Shown: positions 21,603 through 32,042 of the stretch, piece after piece | Numbering within the stretch: the first letter of the stretch is position 1 | Layout: each line of letters starts with the position of its first letter | Source of the DNA: an uncultured delta proteobacterium | Lineage (GTDB): Bacteria > Myxococcota_A > Polyangia > Fen-1088 | Assembly: GCA_963755125.1 (NCBI GenBank) | Contig: CAVWIP010000001.1 | Location: 128,001 to 192,000, forward strand | Direction of reading: 5' to 3' | Length of the DNA: 64,000 nucleotides | Made by a program: the position numbers and the translations under genes | The notes under the pieces: generated by a model | The model's input: only the letters and a program-made list of their open reading frames with translations | Told to the model about the DNA's origin: nothing | The model's database searches: none

Positions 21603-22949
21603 ATGGCCTCTGGCTTTCAAAATATGGGGAAGATCCCCGAGCTGCGGAGGCGTATTCTCTACACGCTCGCGCTGCTGGCGATTCACCGCATCGGCGTGGT
21701 GGTGACCACCCCGGGCGTGAACGCGAGCGTGATGAGCAAGATCGTCAACCAGGCCTCGGGAACCTTCCTGGGACTGTTCAACATGTTCTCGGGCGGCGCC
21801 CTGGAGAAGATGTCGATCTTCGCCTTGGGCATCATGCCCTACGTCAGCTCGTCCATCATCCTGCAGCTTCTGACCGTGGTCATCCCCAAGCTCGAACAGA
21901 TCCAGAAGGAAGGCGAGATGGGGCGGCGGAAGATCAACCAGTACACCCGCTACGGTTGCATCATTCTGTCGTTCATTCAGTCGTTCTTCATCGCGCGCTG
22001 GCTGGTGTCGAACAACTCCGCCTACGGCCATCTGGGCGAGGTGGTGCCTGACCCCAACTGGCACTTCTACCTTTTGACCATGCTGTCGCTCACCACGGGC
22101 ACGGCCTTCATCATGTGGCTGGGCGAACAGATCACCGAGCGCGGCATCGGCAATGGCATCTCGCTCATCATCTTCGCCGGCATCGTGACCGACATTCCTG
22201 ACGCCCTGGCCCGCCTCTACTTGCGCGCCAAGGACGGCAACATCACCGCGTTCTCTCTGGCCCTGATGGGGCTCATCGTGGTGGTGGTGGTGGCCGTCAT
22301 CATCTTCTTCGAGCGAGGCCAACGCCGCATTCCGGTCCAGTACGCCAAGCGGGTGGTAGGGCGCAAGATGTTCGGCGGGCAGTCCACCCACCTTCCGCTC
22401 AAGGTCAACACCTCGGGCGTGATCCCTCCCATCTTTGCGTCGTCGATCTTGATGTTTCCCCAGCAGGTCGCTTCGTTCTGGGACAATCCCATCGCCAAGG
22501 CATTCTCGGATGCGTTGCATCCCGGTGATTGGCGCTATGGCGTCCTCTACGTCGGCCTGATTGTCTTCTTCTGCTACTTCTACACGGCGGTGACCTTCAA
22601 TCCGGTGGACGTGGCGGACAACATGCGCAAATACGGAGGCTTCGTTCCTGGCATCCGTCCGGGCAAGGCCACGGCCCAGTACATCGACAAGGTTCTCACG
22701 CGCATCACGGCGGGCGGCGCCCTATACGTGTCCGCCATCTGCGTGTTGCCCACGTTGTTGAGCACCCACATGGGGGTTCCGTTCCACTTCGGCGGCACCG
22801 GTCTCATGATCGTGGTCGGCGTCGCGCTGGATACCGTGCAACAAATCGAGTCCCATCTCATCACGCGTAACTACGAGGGCTTCACCGGACCCAAAGGACC
22901 GCGCATCCGCGGAAGGGGCGGACCCGTGAGGGCTCCGGTAAGCGGCTGA
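21603..22949 (+). CDS. secY: Preprotein translocase subunit SecY
   Basis: [29 protein letters not shown]; about 10 hydrophobic segments. Confidence 0.98.
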   Translation: MASGFQNMGKIPELRRRILYTLALLAIHRIGVVVTTPGVNASVMSKIVNQASGTFLGLFNMFSGGALEKMSIFALGIMPYVSSSIILQLLTVVIPKLEQIQKEGEMGRRKINQYTRYGCIILSFIQSFFIARWLVSNNSAYGHLGEVVPDPNWHFYLLTMLSLTTGTAFIMWLGEQITERGIGNGISLIIFAGIVTDIPDALARLYLRAKDGNITAFSLALMGLIVVVVVAVIIFFERGQRRIPVQYAKRVVGRKMFGGQSTHLPLKVNTSGVIPPIFASSILMFPQQVASFWDNPIAKAFSDALHPGDWRYGVLYVGLIVFFCYFYTAVTFNPVDVADNMRKYGGFVPGIRPGKATAQYIDKVLTRITAGGALYVSAICVLPTLLSTHMGVPFHFGGTGLMIVVGVALDTVQQIESHLITRNYEGFTGPKGPRIRGRGGPVRAPVSG

Positions 22950-23038
22950 GCTTGCGGCTTGTCAGGACCACTCATGACCACCCTTCGCGCATCCAGCGCT
23001 CGCTGGGCCAGCGGGATGCCCAGCACAATGAGGCGGAT

Positions 23039-23794
23039 GTGAAGGGAATTCAGCTCAAGTCGGCTGCCCAGATCGCCAAGCTGCGCGAAGCGAACCTCGT
23101 GGTCGCTGAAGTGCTTGACGTTCTAGCCGACGCGGCGGCCCCGGGCGTGAGCACGTGGGAACTCGATCAACTCGCGGTCAAGCACACCAAGCGCCTGAAA
23201 GCCGAATCGGCGTTTCTCGGCTATCGCGGCTATCCGGCGGTTCTATGTGCCTCGGTGAACAACACCATCGTGCACGGGATTCCGCGCATGGACGTGGTGC
23301 TCAAGGCCGGCGACATCCTTTCGTTGGACTTCGGCGCCTTCAAGGACGGCTGGTGCGGTGACTCGGCACGAACCCTGGAGATCGGTCCGGTTTCGCCGGA
23401 GGCCCACTCTCTGGTCGAGGCGACGAGGGAATCGCTGGACAAGGCGCTGGCACAGTGCGCGATCGGGCACCGGCTGGGGGACGTAAGCTGGGCGGTTCAG
23501 AGCCACGTCGAGGCACGTGGTTTTTCCGTCGTACGGCAATTCGCGGGGCATGGTATAGGGCGGCACATGCACGAACCTCCTCAGATTCCAAACTACGGAG
23601 AGGCCGGCAAGGGACCACGCCTGGCTGCGGGGATGGTCCTCGCGGTCGAGCCCATGGTGAATCAGGGCGGCTCCGACGTGGTAATCGAGGAGGATGAGTG
23701 GACTGCGGTTACCAAAGATGGTAGCCTCTCCGCCCATTTTGAGCACTCGGTGGCAATCACCGAGAACGGCCCGATGGTTTTGTCACGGGCGTGA
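23039..23794 (+). CDS. map: Methionine aminopeptidase type I (probable GTG start 23039; ORF open from 22952)
   Basis: SVN..VHGIP, GHGIG..MHE, EPM, SAHFEH. Confidence 0.95.
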   Translation: MKGIQLKSAAQIAKLREANLVVAEVLDVLADAAAPGVSTWELDQLAVKHTKRLKAESAFLGYRGYPAVLCASVNNTIVHGIPRMDVVLKAGDILSLDFGAFKDGWCGDSARTLEIGPVSPEAHSLVEATRESLDKALAQCAIGHRLGDVSWAVQSHVEARGFSVVRQFAGHGIGRHMHEPPQIPNYGEAGKGPRLAAGMVLAVEPMVNQGGSDVVIEEDEWTAVTKDGSLSAHFEHSVAITENGPMVLSRA

Positions 23795-23811
23795 AACGGG
23801 GCAAGGGTTCC

Positions 23812-23925
23812 ATGAAGGTCAGAGCATCAGTCAAGAAGATCTGCGACAAGTGCAAGATTATCCGCCGCCGCGGAGTTGTGCGCGTCATTTGTGAGAACGC
23901 GCGCCACAAGCAGCGGCAAGGCTAA
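23812..23925 (+). CDS. rpmJ: 50S ribosomal protein L36
   Basis: Not in the ORF track. Manual translation: [37 protein letters not shown]. Confidence 0.97.
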   Translation: MKVRASVKKICDKCKIIRRRGVVRVICENARHKQRQG

Positions 23926-23953
23926 CCAGGATGAGAGCAGGAAAGGAAACCTC

Positions 23954-24343
23954 ATGGCCCGTGTAGCAGGCGTCGATCTTCCCCGGAACAAGCGCATGGA
24001 GTACGCGCTGACCTACATCAACGGAATCGGGAGGACCAAGGCGCGCGAGATCCTGAATGCCTCCGGTGTGTCGCTCGACAAGCGCAGTGACACCTTGGAC
24101 GACAACGAGAGTCGCCGCATCCGTGAGGTCATCGAGCAGATGGGACTGAAGATCGAGGGCGATCTGCAGCGTGAGATCTCGATGAACATCAAGCGCCTGA
24201 TGGACCTGGGCTGCTACCGCGGGCTGCGCCATCGACGCAGTCTGCCGGTTCACGGCCAGCGGACCAAGACCAACGCCCGGACCCGCAAGGGACCGCGCAA
24301 GGGGCAGATGATCAAGCGCAAGACAGAGGGCACGGGAGCCTAG
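23954..24343 (+). CDS. rpsM: 30S ribosomal protein S13
   Basis: [29 protein letters not shown]. Confidence 0.98.
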   Translation: MARVAGVDLPRNKRMEYALTYINGIGRTKAREILNASGVSLDKRSDTLDDNESRRIREVIEQMGLKIEGDLQREISMNIKRLMDLGCYRGLRHRRSLPVHGQRTKTNARTRKGPRKGQMIKRKTEGTGA

Positions 24344-24409
24344 ACACGAACCGGCCGGCGTCAGTGGACGTCGGCCGCAACCTGAAAAGAGAGACAAGAC
24401 GGACGAAAA

Positions 24410-24817
24410 ATGGCGACTGAGCAACCAGCAGTAGTCAAAGCAAAGCCCAAGGCCAAGAAGGCCAAGAAGAGCATCCAGAGCGGCATCGCGCACATCACGG
24501 CGTCGTTCAACAACACCATCGTGACCATCACCGATGTGTCCGGCAACGTGGTGTCGTGGTCATCGTCGGGCGTGAAAGGGTTCAAGGGCTCGCGCAAATC
24601 AACGCCCTTCGCGGCCCAGTTGGCCGCCGAGGATGCGGCCCACAAGGCCATGGAGCACGGGATGAAGTCCATCAACGTCTTCATCAAGGGCCCCGGTTCA
24701 GGGCGTGAGTCGGCGCTGCGCGCTCTGGCCGCCACCGGCTTCAAGATCAATCTCATCCGGGATCTGACCCCGGTCCCCCACAACGGGTGCCGCCCCCCCA
24801 AGCGGCGGCGGGTCTGA
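24410..24817 (+). CDS. rpsK: 30S ribosomal protein S11
   Basis: [31 protein letters not shown]. Confidence 0.98.
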   Translation: MATEQPAVVKAKPKAKKAKKSIQSGIAHITASFNNTIVTITDVSGNVVSWSSSGVKGFKGSRKSTPFAAQLAAEDAAHKAMEHGMKSINVFIKGPGSGRESALRALAATGFKINLIRDLTPVPHNGCRPPKRRRV

Positions 24818-24874
24818 TGCGTTTTTTGCCAAGGTTCCACAGTCAAGTGAAAGCACGAGGAAGGTAACTCAGCG

Positions 24875-25504
24875 ATGGCGAAGTATTCCGGTCCGGTTTG
24901 TCGCCTCTGTCGCCGTGAGGACACGAAGCTGTTCCTGAAAGGCGACCGTTGCTATACCGACAAGTGTGGCTACGAGAGGCGCGCCTATGCGCCCGGGCAG
25001 CATGGACAGGCCCGCCGCAGGAAACTGTCCAACTACGGCTCCCAGTTGCGCGAGAAGCAGAAACTGAAGCGCATGTACGGCTTGGCGGAGCGGCAGTTTC
25101 GCGGCTACTATCACAAGGCCACCCGCATGAAGGGCGTGACGGGCGAGAACCTGTTGCAACTGCTCGAGCGCCGTCTTGACAATGTGGTGTACCGACTGGG
25201 CTTCGCCTCGGACCACGCAGAGGCGCGCCAGTTGGTGCGCCATGGCCATTTCGTGGTCAATGGCAAGAAGGTCAATGTGCCTTCGTTCCTTTGCTCCGCC
25301 AACGACAGCGTGGCGGTCAAGGAGACGTCCCGCAAGGTGACACGCATCCTGGAGAACCTGGGAGCTGTCGAGCGCCGGGGCGTGCCCAAGTGGCTGCAAC
25401 TGGACAAGGACAGTTTTCAGGGCAAGCTGGCCACGCTGCCCGCGCGCGAGGACCTGACCATGCCCATCCGCGAGCAGTTCGTCGTAGAACTGTACTCGAA
25501 GTAG
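24875..25504 (+). CDS. rpsD: 30S ribosomal protein S4 (Zn-binding form)
   Basis: [29 protein letters not shown]. Confidence 0.98.
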   Translation: MAKYSGPVCRLCRREDTKLFLKGDRCYTDKCGYERRAYAPGQHGQARRRKLSNYGSQLREKQKLKRMYGLAERQFRGYYHKATRMKGVTGENLLQLLERRLDNVVYRLGFASDHAEARQLVRHGHFVVNGKKVNVPSFLCSANDSVAVKETSRKVTRILENLGAVERRGVPKWLQLDKDSFQGKLATLPAREDLTMPIREQFVVELYSK

Positions 25505-25541
25505 ATCACCCGCCCACCCGGATTTCAGATAGGAGAACAGA

Positions 25542-26588
25542 ATGTCGACCGCGAGTTCACAAACTGTGGCGGCGTCTCAGCCGGCGTTTGTTGCCAAGAA
25601 CTGGCGCGATCTCATCCGCCCGCGCAAGCTGGAAGTGGAGACCGAGTCGCTGACCGATACCTACGGGAAGTTCACCTGTGAGCCATTGGAACGGGGCTTC
25701 GGCACCACCATTGGCAACGGGATCCGTAGGGTGCTGCTGTCGTCTCTGCAGGGCGCAGCCATCACAGCCATCAAGATCGAAGGCGCCGTGCACGAGTTCA
25801 CCTCGTTGCCCGAGGTGGCCGAAGACGTCACCGACATCGTGCTGAATCTGAAAGAGGTCATCATCCGCTCGTTGGATGGCAAGCCGCACACCCTGCGGCT
25901 GGACAAGGACGGTGCGGGCAAGGTGACCGCGCGGGACATCCAGTGTCCCGACGGCATCGAAATCCTCAACCCCGACCGGCTGATCATGACCTGCTCCAAG
26001 GGCGCCAAAGTGCGCATGGAGATCGAGGTCAGCACCGGTCGTGGCTATGTGCCGGCCGAGCGCAACAAGACGCCGACCATGGGTGTGGGGACCGTCCCCA
26101 TCGATTCATTGTTCTCGCCCATCCGCAAGGTGAACTTCGCCGTGACCAACGCGCGCGTGGGTCAGCAGACCGACTACGATCGTCTGACCCTGGAAGTTTG
26201 GACCAACGGCACGGTCAAGCCCGAAGACGCGGTGGCCTTTGCCGCCAAGATCTTCAAGGACCAGCTCACCATCTTCATCAATTTCCAGGAAGGCGCCGAG
26301 CCCGCGCCCGAGGCCACGGTTTCCGAGGAGCAGCAGAAGCTGAACGAGAACCTGTGGAAGTCGGTTGACGACCTGGAGCTGTCGGTGCGTTCGGCCAACT
26401 GCCTGCAGAACGCGAATATCCGCTGCATCGGCGAGTTGGTGCAGAAGACCGAATCGGAGATGCTGAAGACCAAGAACTTCGGGCGCAAGTCGCTCAAGGA
26501 GATCAAGGAAATCTTGGCCAGCATGGGGTTGTCCCTGGGCATGAAACTGGAAGGCTGGCCGGGCGACGGTCCGCCCAAGAAGGCCTGA
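25542..26588 (+). CDS. rpoA: RNA polymerase alpha subunit
   Basis: [31 protein letters not shown]. Confidence 0.98.
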   Translation: MSTASSQTVAASQPAFVAKNWRDLIRPRKLEVETESLTDTYGKFTCEPLERGFGTTIGNGIRRVLLSSLQGAAITAIKIEGAVHEFTSLPEVAEDVTDIVLNLKEVIIRSLDGKPHTLRLDKDGAGKVTARDIQCPDGIEILNPDRLIMTCSKGAKVRMEIEVSTGRGYVPAERNKTPTMGVGTVPIDSLFSPIRKVNFAVTNARVGQQTDYDRLTLEVWTNGTVKPEDAVAFAAKIFKDQLTIFINFQEGAEPAPEATVSEEQQKLNENLWKSVDDLELSVRSANCLQNANIRCIGELVQKTESEMLKTKNFGRKSLKEIKEILASMGLSLGMKLEGWPGDGPPKKA

Positions 26589-26634
26589 ACGACGAAGCCG
26601 CCCCACCGCCAACTCAACGAACTGCTAGGCAAAA

Positions 26635-27273
26635 ATGCGACACAAGAGAGCAGGACTGCACCTTTCTCGGACTCCGGCCCACCGCAAGGCTCTGTTTTCC
26701 AACCTTGTGGCAGCCCTTCTGACGTACGAACGCATCCGGACCACGGAAGCCAAGGCCAAGGAGGTGCGTCGGCTCGCGGAGCGGGCCATCACATGGGCGC
26801 GCCGGCTGGGCCCGGTGCTGACCAAGAAGCCAGAGAAGCGCACGGACGAGGAGAAGGCGCGTGTGGTGCATGCGATGCGCATGGCCTTGCGGGCGGTGCG
26901 CGACCGGGAGGCCGTGCTCAAGCTGTTCGAGGAGATTGGACCGCGCTACCTCACCCGACACGGGGGCTACACCCGAATCATGAAGTTGGGGCAGCGTCCG
27001 GGGGACGCGGCCCACATGTCGCTGCTGGAGCTTATCCCGGCGGAGGGCTCGGTTGAGAAGGCTGAACCCAAGCACGACAAGGGCAAGGCCAAGCCGACGC
27101 CGGCCGAGAAGGGCGGCAAGGCCAAGGAAGAGGCTGGTCGGCCCAAGAAGGCCGCAGCCAAGCCCGCGCCGCCCAGGGGCGGTGTGAAGAAGGAGTCGGT
27201 GGCTCGCTCTGCCAAACCGTCGGGCGCCACAGTCCGGCGGGCGCCTCGAGGCAGGAAGGGCGGGGGCGAGTAG
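26635..27273 (+). CDS. rplQ: 50S ribosomal protein L17 with internal insertion and long Lys/Ala/Pro-rich tail
   Basis: [24 protein letters not shown]. Confidence 0.96.
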   Translation: MRHKRAGLHLSRTPAHRKALFSNLVAALLTYERIRTTEAKAKEVRRLAERAITWARRLGPVLTKKPEKRTDEEKARVVHAMRMALRAVRDREAVLKLFEEIGPRYLTRHGGYTRIMKLGQRPGDAAHMSLLELIPAEGSVEKAEPKHDKGKAKPTPAEKGGKAKEEAGRPKKAAAKPAPPRGGVKKESVARSAKPSGATVRRAPRGRKGGGE

Positions 27274-27318
27274 CTCTTCCGTCTCAGTTCTTCGATTCAC
27301 CGACTTTCAACTCTGCGG

Positions 27319-27348
27319 TTGACAGCAGAAGGCGGGTGGCGGTAACAG
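27319..27348 (+). promoter_or_regulatory. Possible promoter for the export-gate genes
   Basis: Perfect TTGACA at 27319-27324, but only a weak -10 (TAACAG, 18 nt spacer) ending 6 nt before ATG 27355. Confidence 0.3.
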
Positions 27349-27354
27349 GGCGGT

Positions 27355-27720
27355 ATGGGTGCGTCAGCGGCTGACCTGCCTGGCCTCGGGAGTTCCTTCG
27401 CGTTGTCGCTTGTATCGCTGGCGCTGGTCTGCCTTCTGGCCTACCTGTCCTTGCGCTGGTTTTCGCGGCGAGGGGCCGGACGCGGCGAAGGCCCAGTTCG
27501 CGTATTGGCTCGCTGCTCGCTCGAACCTCGGCGCGTCGTCTACCTCTTGCAAGTGGCAGGTCGCTGCTTTCTGGTCGGGGTTGGTGATGGCCCTATGTCG
27601 TTGCTGGCCGAGATCGATGCCGCAGCCGTGGAGTGCGAGACTGCCGCCGAGGCGCCTGCCCAGGCTGGCCTGCGCTTCGCCGACGTGCTGTCCCGATTCC
27701 GCGGGAGGCCTAAGTCGTGA
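27355..27720 (+). CDS. fliO: FliO-like export-gate assembly chaperone
   Basis: One N-terminal TM segment, then VRVLARCSLEPRRVVYLLQVAGRCFLVGVGDGPMSLLAEI (FliO beta-domain pattern); directly upstream of the FliP/SctR gene. Confidence 0.85.
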   Translation: MGASAADLPGLGSSFALSLVSLALVCLLAYLSLRWFSRRGAGRGEGPVRVLARCSLEPRRVVYLLQVAGRCFLVGVGDGPMSLLAEIDAAAVECETAAEAPAQAGLRFADVLSRFRGRPKS

Positions 27721-28430
27721 ACCCGATGTTGCTCGGGACCGCGGTTGCGAGCGATGCAGGCCTCGCCTCCCGGCCACTCTTGCTCCTGATCGTGATAGCC
27801 GCCATTTCTCTGCTGCCGTTCGTCCTGTTGCTGATGACCAGCTTTGTGAAGATCGCGGTGGTTCTTTCGGTGCTGAAGAGCGCCCTGGGTACGCCCCAGA
27901 TTCCGCCGTCCCAGGTGGTCACCGGGGTGGCCCTGATCCTTACCCTGTTCGTGATGGCCCCCACGGGCATGCGCATGTTCCAGGCGGCGGAGCCCATGCT
28001 TGGGCAGAGTGCCGGAGCCGATCTGCTGAGCGGGCGGACCGCGGAGGCATTGACCGCTGCCACGGCCAAGGCCAAGGAACCCTTGCGCGATTTTCTGCTC
28101 AAGAACGCCAGCGCCCGGGATCGGGCCGTCTTTCACCGCCTGGCCCTGCGCATGCGCTCGGCCGAGGAACGGGCCGGGATCTCGGAGCGCGACTTCCTGA
28201 TCGTGGTGCCCGCGTTCCTCACTTCTGAACTGCGCCGTGCGTTTGAGATTGGGTTTCTGCTCTTCGTTCCCTTCCTGGTCGTGGACATGGTGATTGCCAA
28301 CCTGCTCTTGGCGCTGGGCATGCACATGCTGTCGCCCACCACTGTGTCGCTGCCCTTCAAGTTGCTGCTCTTCGTGCTGGCTGACGGATGGCAGCTCCTT
28401 CTCCGTGGCCTGGTGGAATCCTATGTTTAG
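27717..28430 (+). CDS. sctR: Type III export gate protein SctR/FliP
   Basis: MTSFVKIAVVL, ALG..QIPP, AFEIGFLLFVPFLVVD, SLPFKLLLFVLADGW. Confidence 0.93.
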   Translation: MNPMLLGTAVASDAGLASRPLLLLIVIAAISLLPFVLLLMTSFVKIAVVLSVLKSALGTPQIPPSQVVTGVALILTLFVMAPTGMRMFQAAEPMLGQSAGADLLSGRTAEALTAATAKAKEPLRDFLLKNASARDRAVFHRLALRMRSAEERAGISERDFLIVVPAFLTSELRRAFEIGFLLFVPFLVVDMVIANLLLALGMHMLSPTTVSLPFKLLLFVLADGWQLLLRGLVESYV

Positions 28431-28701
28431 TGTTCTGGGCAGCGAGTTGATCCTGCGGGCGGTGCGCGAGGGCTTGCTGCTCGTGATCCTGGTGTCGGCG
28501 CCGCCACTGCTCGCCAGCCTGGCGGTTGGACTGGTGGTCAGCATCCTGCAGGCGGCGACCCATCTCCACGAAAACACGCTGGCATTCGTGCCCAAGCTGG
28601 TGGCTGTGACGCTGGTCTTGATCGCCATGGGCCCGCTGCTCGGCGCCCAGGTGCTGCGGTTTGCCCAGGCGCTGTTGCTGGCCATACCGACCATCCACTG
28701 A
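28423..28701 (+). CDS. sctS: Type III export gate protein SctS/FliQ
   Basis: GLVVSILQAAT..HENTLAFVPK; 92 aa; ATG 28423. Confidence 0.92.
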   Translation: MFSVLGSELILRAVREGLLLVILVSAPPLLASLAVGLVVSILQAATHLHENTLAFVPKLVAVTLVLIAMGPLLGAQVLRFAQALLLAIPTIH

Positions 28702-28709
28702 TTGCTATC

Positions 28710-29498
28710 ATGCCTCTGTTGCCGGACGACCTACAACGAACTCTGGTTGTATTCGCCCTGGGCGGCGCACGCACGGTGCCGTTCGTCTGGCTGATTCCGA
28801 TCTTCGGGGGACCGAGTCTGCCTGCGCGGGTCAGGCTGGCTCTGGGGTTCGGGCTTTCGGTCCTGTGCTTCCCTCTGGTCGCGGGCCGGGTGCCGTCGGG
28901 AGGGCCAGCCCTGTGGGTATTGCTGTCGCTGCGCGAGGCCGGGGTGGGGCTGGTCATGGGTTTCGTGGCAGCTTGTATGTTTCGCGCGGTCGAGGCGGCG
29001 GGACGGCTGACCGACATCCTGCGCGGGGCCAACCTTGCCGAGGCAATCGCACCCGAGCAAGGCAGTCGCAACAGTCCGCTGGGCGACCTGTTGCTGCTTC
29101 TTGCCGTTGTCGTCTTCTTGGAAGCAGATGGCGCAGGTATCCTTGCCACCGCCCTGGCCCGCAGCTACGAGGCGGTGCCGCTGGGGGCGGCTTTGCCGGG
29201 CCCAGCCAGCCTGCACGCGGCGGCGTTCTTGGTCATGGTGGCCTCGGCCAAGTTGATCGAGGCCGCTGTCGGGTTGGCGGCTCCGGCCTTGGTTGCTTTG
29301 CTCATGGCTGACTTGGTTCTGGGCGTCCTGGGTCGGGCCGTCCCGCAGATCCCGCTCTATTTCGTGGGCATGCCGGCCAAGGCTTTGCTCGGCGTGGGCG
29401 CGATGCTGGCAGGGCTGGCCACGTTGGATTCTGCGCTCACCGTCGGGTTCCGCGGCTTCTTGGAATTGCTGGAGAGGGCGGCGCAACTCGGACGCTGA
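28710..29498 (+). CDS. sctT: Type III export gate protein SctT/FliR
   Basis: Very hydrophobic; PIFGG..PARVR, LGRAVPQIPLYFVGMPAK; operon position. Confidence 0.9.
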   Translation: MPLLPDDLQRTLVVFALGGARTVPFVWLIPIFGGPSLPARVRLALGFGLSVLCFPLVAGRVPSGGPALWVLLSLREAGVGLVMGFVAACMFRAVEAAGRLTDILRGANLAEAIAPEQGSRNSPLGDLLLLLAVVVFLEADGAGILATALARSYEAVPLGAALPGPASLHAAAFLVMVASAKLIEAAVGLAAPALVALLMADLVLGVLGRAVPQIPLYFVGMPAKALLGVGAMLAGLATLDSALTVGFRGFLELLERAAQLGR

Positions 29499-29508
29499 GA
29501 GTAGCCGC

Positions 29509-30537
29509 ATGGCTGAACCCACATCCGCTGCCAAGACCGAGGAGCCGACACAAAAGCGACTGGCCGAGGCGCGCCGTCGAGGCGTGATCGCTTTGAGCCG
29601 CGATTTCCAGTCTGCACTGACGGGCCTCGCCCTCTGCGCTGCCCTGGTGCTTGGTGCTCGGGTCTGGATAGGCGGTCTGGCTGCCTATTTTCGCCTGGCT
29701 TTGGATGATGTTGGCGCTCGCCCCGACCTGACCCGCGCTGGACAAGCAGCCTTGCGTGCGGCTCGGGACGGGCTGATCATGCCCCTCGGGGTCGCGGTGG
29801 CGGCTGCGCTTGCCGCCGGGTTTATGCAGACGCGCGGCCTGGTTTCTGCGTACCCGCTCAGGTTCGATCTCAGACGCGCGCGTCCGACGGCCGGCCGGCC
29901 ATTCGGGGGCGCAGCCGAAGTCTCGAAGAATCTACTCAAGGCCGCGCTGGTGGCCGTGCTGGCGTGGTGGACGCTGGCCTCGGCCACGTCGGACGTGGCG
30001 CACCTGGCAGGCGCGTCAACGGGTACAGCGCTGGAAGTGTTTGGTCGCCTCGGTGCCAGGCTGGGCCTGCGACTGGCGGCAGCCTTGGCAATGTGGGGAG
30101 CAGCCGACTATCTGTGGCAGCGCCACCGGCACGCAAGGTCGCTGCGCATGACCCGCGAGGAGTGGAAGCGCGAGCACAAGGAGAGCGAAGGAGATCCCCT
30201 GCACAAGGCCGAGCGCCAGCGTCTGCATCGCGAGATCCTGGAGCAGCAGATGATCGAAGACGTGCGCCGGGCCAAGCTAGTGTTGGTCGACGGCGACCGT
30301 CTTGCCGTCGCGCTTGGCTACGACCCTGGACAGGCAGGCGCTCCGGTGGTGGTGGCCAAGGGCGAGCGGCTGCTGGCCGCCATGATCCGAGAGGTGGCAC
30401 TGCAGGCCAGGGTACCCGTGCTGGCCAGCGCAGCCCTGGCCCAGGCGCTGCGCGCGGCGGAGGAGGGCGACGAGATTCCCGAGGCGACCTTCGATGCCGT
30501 CGCTCAGTTGCTGGCACGGCCGCTCGGAGAACCGTAG
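29509..30537 (+). CDS. sctU: SctU/FlhB-family protein lacking the NPTH autocleavage motif
   Basis: KTEEPT.KRL..ARRRG, LRMTREE.KREHKESEGDP, AVALGY, APVVVAKG; ATG 29509. Confidence 0.9.
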   Translation: MAEPTSAAKTEEPTQKRLAEARRRGVIALSRDFQSALTGLALCAALVLGARVWIGGLAAYFRLALDDVGARPDLTRAGQAALRAARDGLIMPLGVAVAAALAAGFMQTRGLVSAYPLRFDLRRARPTAGRPFGGAAEVSKNLLKAALVAVLAWWTLASATSDVAHLAGASTGTALEVFGRLGARLGLRLAAALAMWGAADYLWQRHRHARSLRMTREEWKREHKESEGDPLHKAERQRLHREILEQQMIEDVRRAKLVLVDGDRLAVALGYDPGQAGAPVVVAKGERLLAAMIREVALQARVPVLASAALAQALRAAEEGDEIPEATFDAVAQLLARPLGEP

Positions 30538-30752
30538 CTGGTGAGAAACGGGGTGGGCGGCGGGGCCGGAAGCCGAGGGCCGGTGGGCCGGGGCCGGAAA
30601 CGGATCCGTGGTCCGGGGCCGCAGCTCTGGCCCGAAAAGTCGTCCCTTTGTCACTCTGATACGGTACTTTGAAGGGGCATGCACCACGGCCACCCGTTCG
30701 CATCTTCGACTGGTGTTGCCGTGGCGGCTGGGAACAGGTGCAGGAGAAAAAG

Positions 30753-32042
30753 ATGCGCAAAGCGATAGCCATGGTTTTCGCTGGTGGGCGAGGCGAGGAT
30801 CTCTCGGTCCTGACCGAGCGGCGCCCCAAGTCGGCCGTCATCTTTGGCGGCATCTATCGCTGTATCGATTTCGCCCTGACCAACCTGGCCCGTGCCGGGA
30901 TCGGACAGGTGGGAATCCTGGCGCAGTATCGGCCGGCCTCGCTGATGGATCATGTGGGCACCGGCATGGCGTGGGATCTGGTGGGCGCCAGCCGCGGGGT
31001 TCGCTTCCTGCCTCCCTATCTCAAGCTCTCCGTCAGCGAATGGTATCGCGGTCCTGCCGACGCCCTCTATCAGAACCTTGACTTCGTCGAGCGCGCCGAC
31101 GCGTCCGACGTGCTGGTCGTGTCGGCCGACCATGTGTACTCCATGGACTACGGACCCCTGCTCAATTTCCACCACGAACGGGACGCTGATCTGACCATGG
31201 TGTTCGCTCCGCGCGATGCGGATGCCAGCCGTTTCGGCATTGGCGAGTTGAATGCCACCGGTCAGATCATCAACTTCATGGAGAAGCCGGAGTTCCCGCG
31301 CACCGACCTGGCTTCCATGTCGGTCTACCTGTTCAAGAAGGAAGTGCTGGTCGAGGAGTTGCGGCGGGCGGTGAGCGGGGAGGATCAGACGGTGACTTTC
31401 CAGATCCACGAGGTCCTGCGCCGGATGATCTCCCGGCGCCGGGCGTACGGGTTCATTTTTCGGGGCACGTGGTCGTATTCGCGCACGCTGGACGAGTACT
31501 ACGCCTTTCACCAAGAGGTTCTGGGGGCAACCCCGGCGGTGGACATCGCGGCCTGGGACGTTCAGTCCAACCTGATGGCCGGGCGCGCCTCGCCGTCGCC
31601 GCCGGCCCGCTGCTTGCCCGGGGCCTGCATCGTCAACTCGCTGGTGTCGGCGGGCTGTGTGATCGAAGGGACGGTGGAGAACAGTGTGCTGTCTCCCGGC
31701 GTGCGGGTGGGGCCACGCGCGGCGGTCAAGGGCTCGGTGCTGTGGGACGACGTGGTGGTGGAGGCGGATGCGCAGGTGTCAGCCGCGATCGCGGACAAGC
31801 GGGTGGTCTTCTCGCACGGCTGCCAAGTCGGGGTGGGGGAGTCCGTGGCCAGCGAAGAGAGGCCCGCTTCACTCTCCGGCGGGGCCACGGTGTTGGCCAT
31901 GAACGTTCGCCTGCCCGCCGGCGCACGCGTGGGCAAGAACTGCCTGATCCACGTCGAGGCCACCGAGAACGACATCGGGATGCAGGTGCCCTCGGGAAAG
32001 AGCGTGTGGCCCGCGGCCACGGCCAAGCCGGTGCGGCCATGA
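30753..32042 (+). CDS. Glucose-1-phosphate adenylyltransferase family protein (GlgC/GlgD-like, degenerate motifs)
   Basis: AGGRG..LT..RPKSAVIFGG.YR.IDF, ADHVY.MDY, FMEKP, C-terminal left-handed beta-helix repeats; ATG 30753 after AGGAG. Confidence 0.85.
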   Translation: MRKAIAMVFAGGRGEDLSVLTERRPKSAVIFGGIYRCIDFALTNLARAGIGQVGILAQYRPASLMDHVGTGMAWDLVGASRGVRFLPPYLKLSVSEWYRGPADALYQNLDFVERADASDVLVVSADHVYSMDYGPLLNFHHERDADLTMVFAPRDADASRFGIGELNATGQIINFMEKPEFPRTDLASMSVYLFKKEVLVEELRRAVSGEDQTVTFQIHEVLRRMISRRRAYGFIFRGTWSYSRTLDEYYAFHQEVLGATPAVDIAAWDVQSNLMAGRASPSPPARCLPGACIVNSLVSAGCVIEGTVENSVLSPGVRVGPRAAVKGSVLWDDVVVEADAQVSAAIADKRVVFSHGCQVGVGESVASEERPASLSGGATVLAMNVRLPAGARVGKNCLIHVEATENDIGMQVPSGKSVWPAATAKPVRP

